64,000 nt of DNA from an uncultured Candidatus Rokubacteria bacterium (GCA_963771355.1 CAVYTA010000006.1:576001-640000); one strand, 5' to 3'. Numbered from the stretch's first letter, positions 21,370 to 30,746 are shown. Program-made: numbers and translations. Notes: generated by a model not told the origin, from the letters alone.

Positions 21370-22772
21370 CGCCGCCGCCGAGTCCGGCGACGCTCGCGGC
21401 GCTCGACGCCGTCGGCACCGCCGAGGCGGTCCGCGCCGGTCGGCTCGGCGCCCGCGACGCCGTGGAGGCCGCGCTGGCGCGAATCGCTTCGCTGGACCCC
21501 GCGCTCAACTGCTTCACCGCGGTGCTCGCGGACACGGCCCGCCGTGACGCGGAGGCGGTCGACGCGCGGGTGGCGCGCGGCGAGGATCCCGGCCTGCTCG
21601 CGGGGGTGCCCTTCGCGGTCAAGAACCTCTTCGACGTGGCGGGGCTCACGACGCTGGCCGGCTCGCGCATTCATGCGTCGCGCCCACCCGCGGCGCGGGA
21701 TGCCGCCGCCGTCGCCGCCCTGCGACGGGCGGGGGCCGTGCTGGTGGGCACGCTGAACATGGACGAGTACGCGTTCGGCTTCACCACCGAGAACAGCCAC
21801 TACGGTCCCACGCGCAATCCCCATGACCGGGAGCGGGTGGCGGGCGGCTCCTCGGGCGGCTCGGGCGCGGCGGTGGGCGCGGGGCTGGTGCCGCTCACGC
21901 TCGGCTCTGACACCAATGGGTCGATCCGCGTGCCCGCCTCCCTGTGCGGGGTGTTCGGGCTCAAGCCCACCTATGGCCGCGTCTCGCGGGCAGGGACCGC
22001 GCTCTTCGCAGGGAGCTTCGACCACGTGGGGCCGCTCGCGCGATCGACCCGCGACCTTGCCGCCGCCCTCGACGCGCTGCAGGGCCCGGACGCCGGTGAT
22101 CCGGTGGCGAGCCGCCGCCCCGCCGAGCCCTGCCGCCTCGAGCTCACGCGCGGGATCGCGGGGCTCCGCTTCGCGGTGGCCGACGGCCACTTCGCGCGCG
22201 GGGGCGAGCCGGCGGCGCTCGCCGCGGTGGGAGCGGTGGCGGAGGCGCTGGGCGCGCGGGACACCGTGACCCTGCCGGAGGCGCATCGCGCGCGCGCCGC
22301 CGCCATGATCATCACCGCGGCGGAGGGGGCGCAGCTCCATCTGCCGGATCTCCGGTCGCGGCCCGAGGAGTTCGACCCGTTGACCCGGGACCGGTTCCTC
22401 GCCGGCGCCCTCCTTCCCGCCACCGCCTACGTGGCGGCGCAGCGCTTCCGCGCGTGGTATCGCGCCCGAGTCGCCGAGCTCTTCGAGGGGATCGACGTCA
22501 TTCTCGCGCCCACCACGCCGTACCCGGCGCCCCGTATCGGCCAGGAGCGGATCACGGTGGCGGGGGCGGAGGTTCCGATGCGACCGACGCTCGGACTCTA
22601 TACCCAGCCGCTGTCCTTCATCGGGCTGCCCGTGATCACGGTGCCGCTGGCGCGGCAGTCCGGATTGCCGCTGGGCGTCCAGCTCGTCGCGGCGCCCTTT
22701 CGCGAGTCCTTCCTGCTGCGCACCGCCCACTATCTCGAGTCGGCCGGCGTGGTCGCGGCTCCCATCGCCTGA
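21366..22772 (+). CDS. AtzE/HpxY-family amidase (amidase signature)
   Basis: GVPFAVKNLFDV, LNMDEYAFGFTTENSHYG, GGSSGGS, GSDTNGSIRVP, YTQPLSFIGLP. Confidence 0.9.
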   Translation: MTPPPSPATLAALDAVGTAEAVRAGRLGARDAVEAALARIASLDPALNCFTAVLADTARRDAEAVDARVARGEDPGLLAGVPFAVKNLFDVAGLTTLAGSRIHASRPPAARDAAAVAALRRAGAVLVGTLNMDEYAFGFTTENSHYGPTRNPHDRERVAGGSSGGSGAAVGAGLVPLTLGSDTNGSIRVPASLCGVFGLKPTYGRVSRAGTALFAGSFDHVGPLARSTRDLAAALDALQGPDAGDPVASRRPAEPCRLELTRGIAGLRFAVADGHFARGGEPAALAAVGAVAEALGARDTVTLPEAHRARAAAMIITAAEGAQLHLPDLRSRPEEFDPLTRDRFLAGALLPATAYVAAQRFRAWYRARVAELFEGIDVILAPTTPYPAPRIGQERITVAGAEVPMRPTLGLYTQPLSFIGLPVITVPLARQSGLPLGVQLVAAPFRESFLLRTAHYLESAGVVAAPIA

Positions 22773-22781
22773 GCCATCCAC

Positions 22782-22817
22782 CAGCGACGCAGCCCCGTGC
22801 AGCGACGCAGCCCCGTG
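22782..22817 (+). repeat. Perfect 18-bp tandem duplication upstream of the atzH-like RBS
   Basis: CAGCGACGCAGCCCCGTG twice. Confidence 0.9.
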
Positions 22818-22828
22818 AGGAGGAAGCA

Positions 22829-23212
22829 GTGGACCTGAACATTCCCGAGGTCGTGGCCGAGGTCGGCGCCGCGTTCAACCGCTACGAGGCCGCGCTCACC
22901 ACCAACGATGTCCCCGCGCTGGACAGCTTCTTCTGGAACGACCCGCGCGTGATCCGCTTTTCGCTGTCCGACAATGGCTACGGCTTCGAGGCCATCATGA
23001 AGGCGCGGCGTGCGCGCAACAACGTGGACCTTCGGCGCCGGCTCATGCGCACCGTGGTCACCACCTTCGGCCGGGACTTCGCCACCGTGAACACCGAGTT
23101 CAAGCGGGAGGACTCCGGGCGCGAGGGACGGCAGAGCCAGACCTGGGTGCGGACCGCGGAGGGCTGGAAGGTCGTGAGCGCGCACGTGTCGTGGCTGACG
23201 CCGCCGTCCTGA
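22829..23212 (+). CDS. AtzH/HpxZ-like protein (DUF3225, NTF2 fold)
   Basis: NIPEVVAEV.AAF.RYEAAL..ND, TTFGRDFATVNTEF, GRQSQTWVR, WKVVSAHVS; SD GAGGAGG. Confidence 0.88.
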   Translation: MDLNIPEVVAEVGAAFNRYEAALTTNDVPALDSFFWNDPRVIRFSLSDNGYGFEAIMKARRARNNVDLRRRLMRTVVTTFGRDFATVNTEFKREDSGREGRQSQTWVRTAEGWKVVSAHVSWLTPPS

Positions 23213-23219
23213 CCCTTCC

Positions 23220-23332
23220 TGCACAAGATACGGGCTCCCTGCTGATCTCTTGAGCAGACGGCGGTACCCGTCTTACCACCATCCCGCCAAGCGGCTGATT
23301 TACTGAGCCTCCCCCTCGGCACATTGTTTGCT
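23220..23332 (+). promoter_or_regulatory. NtrC-type boxes, IHF-type site and sigma-54 promoter for the small HTH gene
   Basis: TGCACAAGATACGGGCT (23220, imperfect), TGCTGATCTCTTGAGCA (23240-23256), rc AATCAGCCGCTTG (23288-23300), CGGCACATTGTTTGCT (GG 23318-23319, GC 23330-23331). Confidence 0.72.
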
Positions 23333-23376
23333 CCGGACTTCCAACACAGGACCGGATCGGAAAGGGAGCGGATAGC

Positions 23377-23658
23377 ATGAACGGAATCGAGCTGGCCGGT
23401 GAATTCGAACGGCTCGTGGTGAGCGCGCTGCCCGCGCTCGTGCGGGAAGAGGGAGCCACGGACCGGGGACGCCTCTATCGCGCGGTCATGGCGCGGGTCG
23501 AGCTTCCACTGCTGCGGCATGTGCTGCAGCTGTCGGGGGGCAATCAGCTGAAGGCGGCGCGGCTGCTGGGAATCAATCGCAATACCCTCCGGAAGCGGCT
23601 GCGCGTGCTCGGGCTCCTCCCCGCGGCGCCCAGCCCGAATGGATCGGGGCGCGGCTAG
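23377..23658 (+). CDS. Stand-alone Fis/NtrC-type helix-turn-helix protein
   Basis: GRLYRAVMARVELPLLRHVLQLSGGNQLKAARLLGINRNTLRKRL; 93 aa, no AAA+ or receiver domain. Confidence 0.85.
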   Translation: MNGIELAGEFERLVVSALPALVREEGATDRGRLYRAVMARVELPLLRHVLQLSGGNQLKAARLLGINRNTLRKRLRVLGLLPAAPSPNGSGRG

Positions 23659-23708
23659 CGCGGCATCCATCTGGCTGTTGCGGTGAGTCGGCGGTACACT
23701 CCGGGATC

Positions 23709-24773
23709 GTGCGCACCCGCCTCGCTCCCCCCCTTCACGCGCTCGTCGTCGGGCTGAGTCTGCTCGCGCTGGGCTGCGCTGGCGTGGGCAATGAGCCCTT
23801 GCCGGGCGCGCCCGCCCATCACGTCGCGGGCGGATTCCGGAATGTCGATCCGACCTATCCGCGCGCCGGCGGCTGGGCCCGCTTCAAGTTCATCGTGAGT
23901 CGGTTCTGGGATAGCCTGCTCTCCCCACGCAACTTCGAAACCCCGCGGGAGACGGTCGAGGGCCTGGCGGCGGGGCGCGCGCTTCGCGCCGGGCCGGATC
24001 CCACTGTGACCTGGATCGGCCACGCCACGGTGTTACTGCGCATGGACGGGTTGACCCTCCTCACCGACCCCAGCTGGAGCGAGCGGGCCAGCCCGCTGTC
24101 CTGGGCGGGTCCGCGTCGGCTGGTGCCGCCGGGACTGCCCTTCGAGGAGCTGCCGCGGGTGGACGTGGTCGTGATCTCGCACGATCACTACGACCATCTG
24201 GACCTCGCCACCGTGAAGCGGCTGGCCGCGGCGCACGATCCGCTCTTCGTGGTGCCGCTGGGCCTCAAGGCCTGGTTCGCCGACAACGGCATCACCCGCG
24301 TCGAGGAGCGCGACTGGTGGCAGCGGGTAGAGCATCGAGGTGTCACCTTCGTCTGCGTGCCCGCGCAGCACTTCTCGCAGCGCACGCCATGGGATTCGAA
24401 TCGCCGGCTCTGGGCTACGTGGGCGGTGCTCGGTTCCACGCGGCGCTTCTACTTCACCGGCGACACCGGGTACTTCCCGGGCTTCAAGGAGGTGGGCGCG
24501 CGCATGGGTCCATTCGATCTCGCAGCGGTCGCCATCGGCGCCTATCTCCCCCCGGAGATCATGCGCGCGGTGCACGTGACGCCCGAGGAAGCGGTGCAGC
24601 TGGCGGAGGACGTCCGCGCGCGCGTGCTGCTCGGCATTCACTGGGGCACCTTCGACCTCGCCGAGGAGCCGCTGGGGGAGCCGCCCGAGCGGATGCGGGC
24701 AGAGGCGGCGCGCCGGGCCCTCGGGCCCGATCGCGCCTGGATCCTGCGGATCGGCGAGACGCGCCGCTGGTAA
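23709..24773 (+). CDS. MBL-fold metallohydrolase, NAPE-PLD/RomA-like, probable lipoprotein
   Basis: TWIGHAT, LTDPSWS, ISHDHYDHLD, PAQHFS, GDTGY, IHWGTFDL; LALGC lipobox. Confidence 0.88.
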   Translation: MRTRLAPPLHALVVGLSLLALGCAGVGNEPLPGAPAHHVAGGFRNVDPTYPRAGGWARFKFIVSRFWDSLLSPRNFETPRETVEGLAAGRALRAGPDPTVTWIGHATVLLRMDGLTLLTDPSWSERASPLSWAGPRRLVPPGLPFEELPRVDVVVISHDHYDHLDLATVKRLAAAHDPLFVVPLGLKAWFADNGITRVEERDWWQRVEHRGVTFVCVPAQHFSQRTPWDSNRRLWATWAVLGSTRRFYFTGDTGYFPGFKEVGARMGPFDLAAVAIGAYLPPEIMRAVHVTPEEAVQLAEDVRARVLLGIHWGTFDLAEEPLGEPPERMRAEAARRALGPDRAWILRIGETRRW

Positions 24774-24785
24774 GATGGCCCCGGC

Positions 24786-25475
24786 ATGGCGAGCCGGGTG
24801 CTGGTCGTCGAGGACGAGGCGGACATCCGCGATCTCCTCGCCTTCCATCTCGAGCGTGATGGCTACCAGGTCACCCGCGCGACCACCGGGCCGGAGGCCT
24901 TGCGCCAGCTGCGCGCCGCGCCCCCCGACCTGGTCATCCTCGATCTCATGCTCCCGGAGCTGGACGGGCTCGAGGTGTGCCGGCGGCTCCGCGCGGACCC
25001 GGCCACGGCCACCCTGCCCGTGATCATGCTCACCGCCAAGGGAGACGAGGTGGACCGGGTGGTCGGTCTCGAGCTGGGCGCCGACGACTACGTGGTCAAG
25101 CCGTTCTCGCCCAAGGAGATGCTGGCGCGCGTGCGGGCGGTGCTCCGGCGGGCGCGCACGCCGCTCTCGGGCGCGCCGCTGGCGGTGGGCGGCATCACGC
25201 TGGACGGCGCCACCCATCAGGCCACCGTGTCGGAGCGGCCGCTGACGCTCACGCCCAAGGAGTTCGATCTCCTCCGCGCGCTCCTCGAGGCGCGCGGGCG
25301 CGTGCTCTCGCGCGAGTTCCTCCTCGACCGCGTCTGGGGCTATGCGCGGGCCGGCGAGATCGAGTCGCGGACGGTGGACGTCCACGTGCGCCGGCTGCGT
25401 GCCAAGCTCGGGCCCGAGGGGGAGCGCATCCTCACCGTGAAGAACGTGGGCTACCGGCTGGCCCCGGACGCCTGA
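24786..25475 (+). CDS. phoB: OmpR/PhoB-family response regulator
   Basis: VLVVEDE, LDLMLP, GADDYVVKPFS, SRTVDVHVRRLR; precedes PhoR in pho cluster. Confidence 0.82.
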   Translation: MASRVLVVEDEADIRDLLAFHLERDGYQVTRATTGPEALRQLRAAPPDLVILDLMLPELDGLEVCRRLRADPATATLPVIMLTAKGDEVDRVVGLELGADDYVVKPFSPKEMLARVRAVLRRARTPLSGAPLAVGGITLDGATHQATVSERPLTLTPKEFDLLRALLEARGRVLSREFLLDRVWGYARAGEIESRTVDVHVRRLRAKLGPEGERILTVKNVGYRLAPDA

Positions 25476-25477
25476 GC

Positions 25478-27307
25478 GTGCGGAGGCTCCTGCTCTTTCT
25501 CCGCCGCCGTATCGCGCTGAAGCTCACGCTGACCCTGGTGGGCTTCACCGCCATCGCCGGGCTCGCGGCGGCGCTGTACCTCAATCACGCGCTGGAGGCC
25601 TACGCGGTGGAGTCGCTGGAGGCCCGCCTGGTGGCGCTCGAGCGCGTGCTCCACGACGAGGCGCGCGATCTCCTGCGCGGCCCGGCCCCGGAAGCGGTCC
25701 GGCAGGCCTTCGCCCAGCGGGCGGCGCGCGCCACCGGCGCCCGCGTGACCTTGATCCGGCCCGACGGCCGTGTGGTGGCGGACTCGGACGCACGGCCGGG
25801 TGGTCTCGCCGGCATGGAGAGCCACGGCGACCGCCCGGAAGTGCGCGCAGCGCTCGCCGGCCGGGTCGGCCGTGACCTGCGCATCAGCAGCACGCTCGAG
25901 ACGCCGCTGCTCTATGTCGCCTCCCCCGCGCGCGATGGGGACCGGATCGTCGGCGTAATGCGGCTGGCCTTGCCGCTCACCGAGGTGACCGCCTCCCACG
26001 AAAACGTGCATCGGGTGATGCTGGTGGGCGGGCTGCTGGCCCTCGCGGTGGCGCTCGGCATCGGCCTCTTCGTGTCGGGAAGGGTGACGCGCCCGGTGGT
26101 CGAGATGCAGTCCATCGCCCGCCAGCTCAGCGAGGGCAACTTCGCCGTGCGCGCCCCCGTGCACTCCCCGGACGAGATCGGCACCCTCGGCCGCTCCCTC
26201 AACGTGCTCGCCGCCCGGCTCCGCGAGAAGATCCAGGACCTCGCGCAAGAGCAGGCCAAGGTCACCGCCATCCTCGACGGCATGGTGGAGGGCGTGATCG
26301 CGGTGGACGGCCACGATCACATCCTGCTCATGAACGAGCGGGCGCGCGCCATGTTCAACCTGGGATCGGGCCGCCTGGAGCGAAAACCGTTCCTGGAAGT
26401 GATCCGCAACGCCGATCTCCACGACGTGTTTCGCGAGGGGCGCGCGGCGGGGATCGAGGTGGCGGGAGACGGGGCGGCGGTCCGACGCGAGCTCCGGCTG
26501 TCCACTCCGGTCGAGCGGATCTTGCAGGTCCACGCCGTCCCCCTTCGTCTGGGCCCCGGCGAGACCGGCGTGGCCATGGTGCTCCACGACATCACCGCGC
26601 TCCGCCAGCTCGAGCAGGTCCGGACCGAGTTCGTGGCCAATGTCTCGCACGAGCTCCGGACGCCCCTCACCGCGATCCAGGGATACCTGGAGACCCTCCT
26701 CGGGGGGGCGATGGACGATCCCGCGCATGCCCGGCGCTTTCTCGAGGTGGTGTTCCGGCATACCGAGCGGCTGGGCCGCCTGCTCAACGACCTCACCGAT
26801 CTGTCCAATATCGAGCTGGGCCGGGTCTCGCTGCAGCGGGGGCCGGTCGCGCTCGGGGAAGTGGTGGACGGCACGCTGGACATCATCCGCGCCAAGGCCG
26901 ACGCGGGCGGGGTGAGGCTGGAGGCGCGGCTGCCCGCAGAGCTGCCCGCCGTCCAGGCGGATCGCGACCGCCTCGCCCAGATCCTCATCAACCTCGTGGA
27001 CAATGCCGTCAAGTACACGCCGCGTGGCGGGCAGGTGGCGGTGGAGGCGGCGGCGGGAGAGGGCCTGGTGGAGGTGGCGGTGGTCGATACCGGCGTCGGC
27101 ATCCCGCCCGCGGACCTGCCCCGCATCACGGAGCGTTTCTACAGAGTGGACCGGGCGCGCTCGCGGGAGCTCGGCGGGACCGGGCTCGGGCTCGCCATCG
27201 TCAAGCATCTGGTCGCCGCGCACGGCGGCACCCTCGTCATCGAGAGCCGTCCCGGCGAGGGTACCCGGGTGCGCGTCACGCTGCCCGCCGCGCCGCCGCC
27301 GGCCTGA
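25478..27307 (+). CDS. phoR: Phosphate regulon sensor kinase (HAMP, PAS, HisKA, HATPase)
   Basis: EFVANVSHELRTPLTAIQGYLETL, NLVDNAVKY, ERFYRVDRARSRELGGTGLGLAIVKH; GTG start 25478. Confidence 0.9.
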   Translation: MRRLLLFLRRRIALKLTLTLVGFTAIAGLAAALYLNHALEAYAVESLEARLVALERVLHDEARDLLRGPAPEAVRQAFAQRAARATGARVTLIRPDGRVVADSDARPGGLAGMESHGDRPEVRAALAGRVGRDLRISSTLETPLLYVASPARDGDRIVGVMRLALPLTEVTASHENVHRVMLVGGLLALAVALGIGLFVSGRVTRPVVEMQSIARQLSEGNFAVRAPVHSPDEIGTLGRSLNVLAARLREKIQDLAQEQAKVTAILDGMVEGVIAVDGHDHILLMNERARAMFNLGSGRLERKPFLEVIRNADLHDVFREGRAAGIEVAGDGAAVRRELRLSTPVERILQVHAVPLRLGPGETGVAMVLHDITALRQLEQVRTEFVANVSHELRTPLTAIQGYLETLLGGAMDDPAHARRFLEVVFRHTERLGRLLNDLTDLSNIELGRVSLQRGPVALGEVVDGTLDIIRAKADAGGVRLEARLPAELPAVQADRDRLAQILINLVDNAVKYTPRGGQVAVEAAAGEGLVEVAVVDTGVGIPPADLPRITERFYRVDRARSRELGGTGLGLAIVKHLVAAHGGTLVIESRPGEGTRVRVTLPAAPPPA

Positions 27308-27487
27308 GGTCCTGCGTCACGGTCGAAGCGGGCGCTGGCGATACACGCACGCCGGCATCAACCGCTCGGCAAAGGCCAGGCCCACGGAGAGTCAGGAGCC
27401 GCAGGCGAGGTGGGCCACCCTCGTCATGCGGAGAACCGCCGGCGGAATCATCGCCGCGTGATCGCACGTTGATGGGAGGATCACACC

Positions 27488-29067
27488 ATGGCAACCAGGC
27501 CCGGCCCTTCGCTCACCCGTCGGCGTTTCCTCGGCGCGTCCGCCGCCGCGGCGGGCTCGCTCGCGTTGCCCTCTCCGCTCGCCCGCGGGCCGTTCGCCCA
27601 GCCCGCGGCGGGCTCGCGCCCCGGCGTGCCCTACGGAGTCCAGAGCGGCGAGGTGGGCCCGCACCAGGGCGTCGTGTGGAGCGCCACCGACCGGCCCGCG
27701 CGGATGCTCGTGGAGTACGCGACCACCGACGCGTTCACCGACGTTCGCCGTGTGACAGGATCGGCGGCGCTACCGGAGACCGGTTATGCCGCCAAGGTGG
27801 CGCTGGTCGACCTGCCCGCCGGCCAGCCGATCTTCTATCGCGTGACCTTTCAGGACCTGGGGAATCTCCGGGCCCTCAGCGCGCCGGTAACGGGGCGCTT
27901 CAAGACGGCGCCGGCCGACTACCGCGACGTGAGCTTCGTGTGGTCGGGCGACACCGCCGGGCAGGGGTGGGGGATCAACGCCGAGTGGGGAGGGATGAAG
28001 CTCTACGAGGTCATGCGCCGCACCGAGCCCGACTTCTTCGTGCACAGCGGGGACATGATCTACGCGGATGGTCCCATCGCCGCCGAAGTGCGCCCCCGTC
28101 GGGCATGGTGTGGAAGAACCAGGTGACCGAGGCGAAGGCCAAGGTGGCCGAGACCCTCGAGGAGTTCCGGGGCAACTACAAGTATAACCTCCTCGACGCG
28201 CACGTCCGGCGCTTCAACGGGGAGGTCGCCCAGTACGTCCAGTGGGATGACCACGACGTGACGGACAACTGGTTCACGGAGCGGATTCTCGAGGACGCCC
28301 GCTACACCGTCAAGAGCTGCGCGCTCCTGGCCGCGCGTGCCAAGCGGGCCATGTTCGAGTTCACCCCGCTGGTGGGCCACCCGATCGACTCGGAGCGCGT
28401 CTACCGGGCGGTGCGGCGCGGACCCCTGCTGGATGTCTTCATGCTCGACATGCGCTCGTACCGCGGCGCCAACGGCGAGAACCGGCAAGCGACCCTCGAC
28501 GACGACGCCCGCATCCTGGGCCACGCGCAAGCGGCGTGGCTCAAGCGTGAGCTCCTTGCCTCGCGGGCGACGTGGAAGGTGATCGCCGCCGACATGCCCC
28601 TGGGGCTCGTCGTGCGCCATGATGCCGCGCGCGGCTGGGGGTCGGAAGCGGTGGCCCAGGGAGACGGGCCGCCTCTCGGCCGCGAGCTCGAGATCGCGGA
28701 CCTCCTGCGCTTCATCAAGCTGAACGGGATCCGGAACGTGATCTGGATCACTGCCGACGTCCACTACTGCGCCACTCACCTCTACGATCCGGCGCGCGCG
28801 CAGTTCCAGGACTTCGCGCCCTTCTACGAGTTCGTCTCGGGGCCGCTCCACGCCGGCGGCTTCGGGCCCAACGCACTCGACAATACCTTCGGCCCCCAGG
28901 TCGTCTTCACCCGGAATCCAGGAGGGCGCACGAACACGCCGCCCACCGAGGGGGGGCTCTACTTCGGCCATGTCCGCATCGATGGCCGCACGCGCGCGAT
29001 GACGGTGACCCATCGAGACCTCACCGGCGCGGTGCTGCACCGGCTGGAGCTGCCCGCGGAGGGGTAG
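27488..29067 (+). pseudogene. phoD: PhoD alkaline phosphatase with Tat signal, split by a 1-nt frameshift near 28093-28097 (possibly a sequencing error)
   Basis: First frame: TRRRFLG, WSGDTAGQGWGIN, HSGDMIYAD; second frame: WDDHDV, LDMRSYRG, WITADVHY, EFVSGPLHAG. Confidence 0.88.
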
Positions 29068-29103
29068 GCCCGTCCGTCAGCGACCGGGGCGGCGGCTGGC
29101 CAC

Positions 29104-29142
29104 TTGACTTACCTTCCATAGTTTGATACATATCAAACTATG
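29104..29142 (+). promoter_or_regulatory. ars promoter and perfect 12-2-12 ArsR operator overlapping the start codon
   Basis: TTGACT (29104-29109); CATAGTTTGATA-CA-TATCAAACTATG (29117-29142). Confidence 0.85.
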
Positions 29143-29448
29143 AAACAGCGAGCTCCGCTCTCCCTCAACCAGCTGGACGCCAGCGAGGGGCACGTCGAGG
29201 CCTTCAAGGCCCTGGCCCATCTCACGCGCCTGCAGGTGTTCTTCTTCCTGGTCCGCGCCGGCCAGGAAGTCCCGGTGGGTGAGATCCAGGAGGCGGTGGA
29301 GATCTCGGCGCCCACGCTATCCCATCACCTGGCCGCGCTCCGGCGGGCCGGGCTCGTCCAGAGCCGCAAGGAAGAGCGGTACATCTATTACTCTGTCCGG
29401 CGGGACACCGCGACCGCCCTGGTCCGGCTGCTCACCGCCTGCTGCTGA
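29140..29448 (+). CDS. arsR: ArsR/SmtB repressor with C-terminal Cys-Cys
   Basis: FKALAHLTRLQVF, PTLSHHLAALRRAGLV, ends LLTACC. Confidence 0.9.
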   Translation: MKQRAPLSLNQLDASEGHVEAFKALAHLTRLQVFFFLVRAGQEVPVGEIQEAVEISAPTLSHHLAALRRAGLVQSRKEERYIYYSVRRDTATALVRLLTACC

Positions 29449-29458
29449 GGAGAAATCC

Positions 29459-29911
29459 ATGAGCGCTAAGGTCCACATCCACATGCACGTCTCCGACCTC
29501 GACAAGAGCCGCGCCTTCTATCGCGCCTTCTTCGGCGCCGAGCCGGTGAAAGAGAAGCCCGGCTACGCCAAGTTCCTGCCCGAATGGGGACCGGTCAACC
29601 TGGCGCTCTCTCAGGGCGGGGGACCCGGCACGGGGCCGGTGAATCATCTGGGCGTTCAGCTGGAAACCACCGCCGAGGTGATGAGCCAGCTCGATCGGAT
29701 CAAGGCGGCGGGGCTCCCGGTGCGTGAGGAGATGGCCGTGGACTGCTGCCACGCCAACCAGGACAAGTTCTGGGTGGTGGATCCCGATGGCGCGGAGTGG
29801 GAAGTCTATCACCTCAACTACGACCTCGAAGACGAGCTCCCGACGACGACCCAGCCCGTGAGCCTCGGCCTGCCGATGGCGAAGTCGGCGGGCGGCTGCT
29901 GCTCCCGATAA
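29459..29911 (+). CDS. arsI: ArsI/CadI-family VOC protein (putative C-As lyase)
   Basis: HIHMHVSDL..S..FY..FFG, KPGYAKF, NHLG, DCCHANQDKFWVVDPDG..WEVY. Confidence 0.8.
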   Translation: MSAKVHIHMHVSDLDKSRAFYRAFFGAEPVKEKPGYAKFLPEWGPVNLALSQGGGPGTGPVNHLGVQLETTAEVMSQLDRIKAAGLPVREEMAVDCCHANQDKFWVVDPDGAEWEVYHLNYDLEDELPTTTQPVSLGLPMAKSAGGCCSR

Positions 29912-29924
29912 GAGGAGACCCATC

Positions 29925-30746
29925 ATGGCCGGCGATGACATCAAGGAAATCGTGAAGGAGAAGTACGGTCAGGCCGCGCTCCGCGTGGTGTCGGAGGGGA
30001 GCGCGTCCTGCTGCGGCACGGCGTCGTCGCGCGGGGGCGCTGACCCGATCACGTCGAATCTCTACGCGGAGACTCAGACCTGCGGGCTTCCCGAGGCGGC
30101 GGTGGCGGCGTCGCTCGGCTGCGGCAACCCGACCGCGCTCGCCCAGCTCCAGGCCGGGGAGACGGTGCTGGATCTCGGCTCCGGGGGCGGCATCGACGTG
30201 CTGCTGTCGGCCCAGCGCGTCGGCCCCACCGGCAAAGCCTATGGGCTCGACATGACCGACGAGATGCTCGCGCTGGCCCGCGAAAACCAGAAGAAGTCGG
30301 GCCTGGCTAATGTCGAGTTCCTCAAGGGTGAAATCGAGCAGATCCCGCTGCCTGATGATTCGGTCGACGTGATCATCTCGAACTGCGTGATCAACCTGTC
30401 GGCGGACAAGGATCGTGTGCTCGCGGAGGCCTTCCGTGTCCTCCGGCCGGGCGGGCGCTTCGCGGTATCGGACGTGGTCGTGCGCGGGGAGGTCCCCGCC
30501 GGCATCCGCCGCAGCGTCGAACTGTGGATCGGTTGCGTGGCGGGCGCCCTCGAGGACAGTGAGTACCGGGGCAAGCTCGCCAAGGTTGGCTTCGAAGCTA
30601 TCGAGGTCGAGCCGACGAGAGTCTATCGTGTCGAGGACGCGCGCGAGCTTCTCGCCGGCGCCGGGTTCGATGTCGAAGCCATCGCGCCGCAGGTCGACGG
30701 CAAGTTCATGAGCGCGTTCGTCCGGGCCCGCAAACCGATGCGCTGA
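29925..30746 (+). CDS. arsM: Arsenite S-adenosylmethionine methyltransferase
   Basis: SCCG, SLGCGNP, VLDLGSGGGID, GLDMTDEML, ISNCVINL, WIGCVAGA. Confidence 0.93.
   Translation: MAGDDIKEIVKEKYGQAALRVVSEGSASCCGTASSRGGADPITSNLYAETQTCGLPEAAVAASLGCGNPTALAQLQAGETVLDLGSGGGIDVLLSAQRVGPTGKAYGLDMTDEMLALARENQKKSGLANVEFLKGEIEQIPLPDDSVDVIISNCVINLSADKDRVLAEAFRVLRPGGRFAVSDVVVRGEVPAGIRRSVELWIGCVAGALEDSEYRGKLAKVGFEAIEVEPTRVYRVEDARELLAGAGFDVEAIAPQVDGKFMSAFVRARKPMR

Noticed and set aside
22782..22817. Short repeats here and at 39138-39169 as CRISPR or mobile-element ends
   Set aside because: No unique spacers, too few copies, and no cas, transposase or integrase genes in the window
27317..27428. Minus-strand MTRVAHLACGS-TGA-LSVGLAFAERL, a second possible CxxU selenoprotein
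   Set aside because: No SD, only about 36 codons, and no Rdx or thioredoxin-like continuation; probably chance
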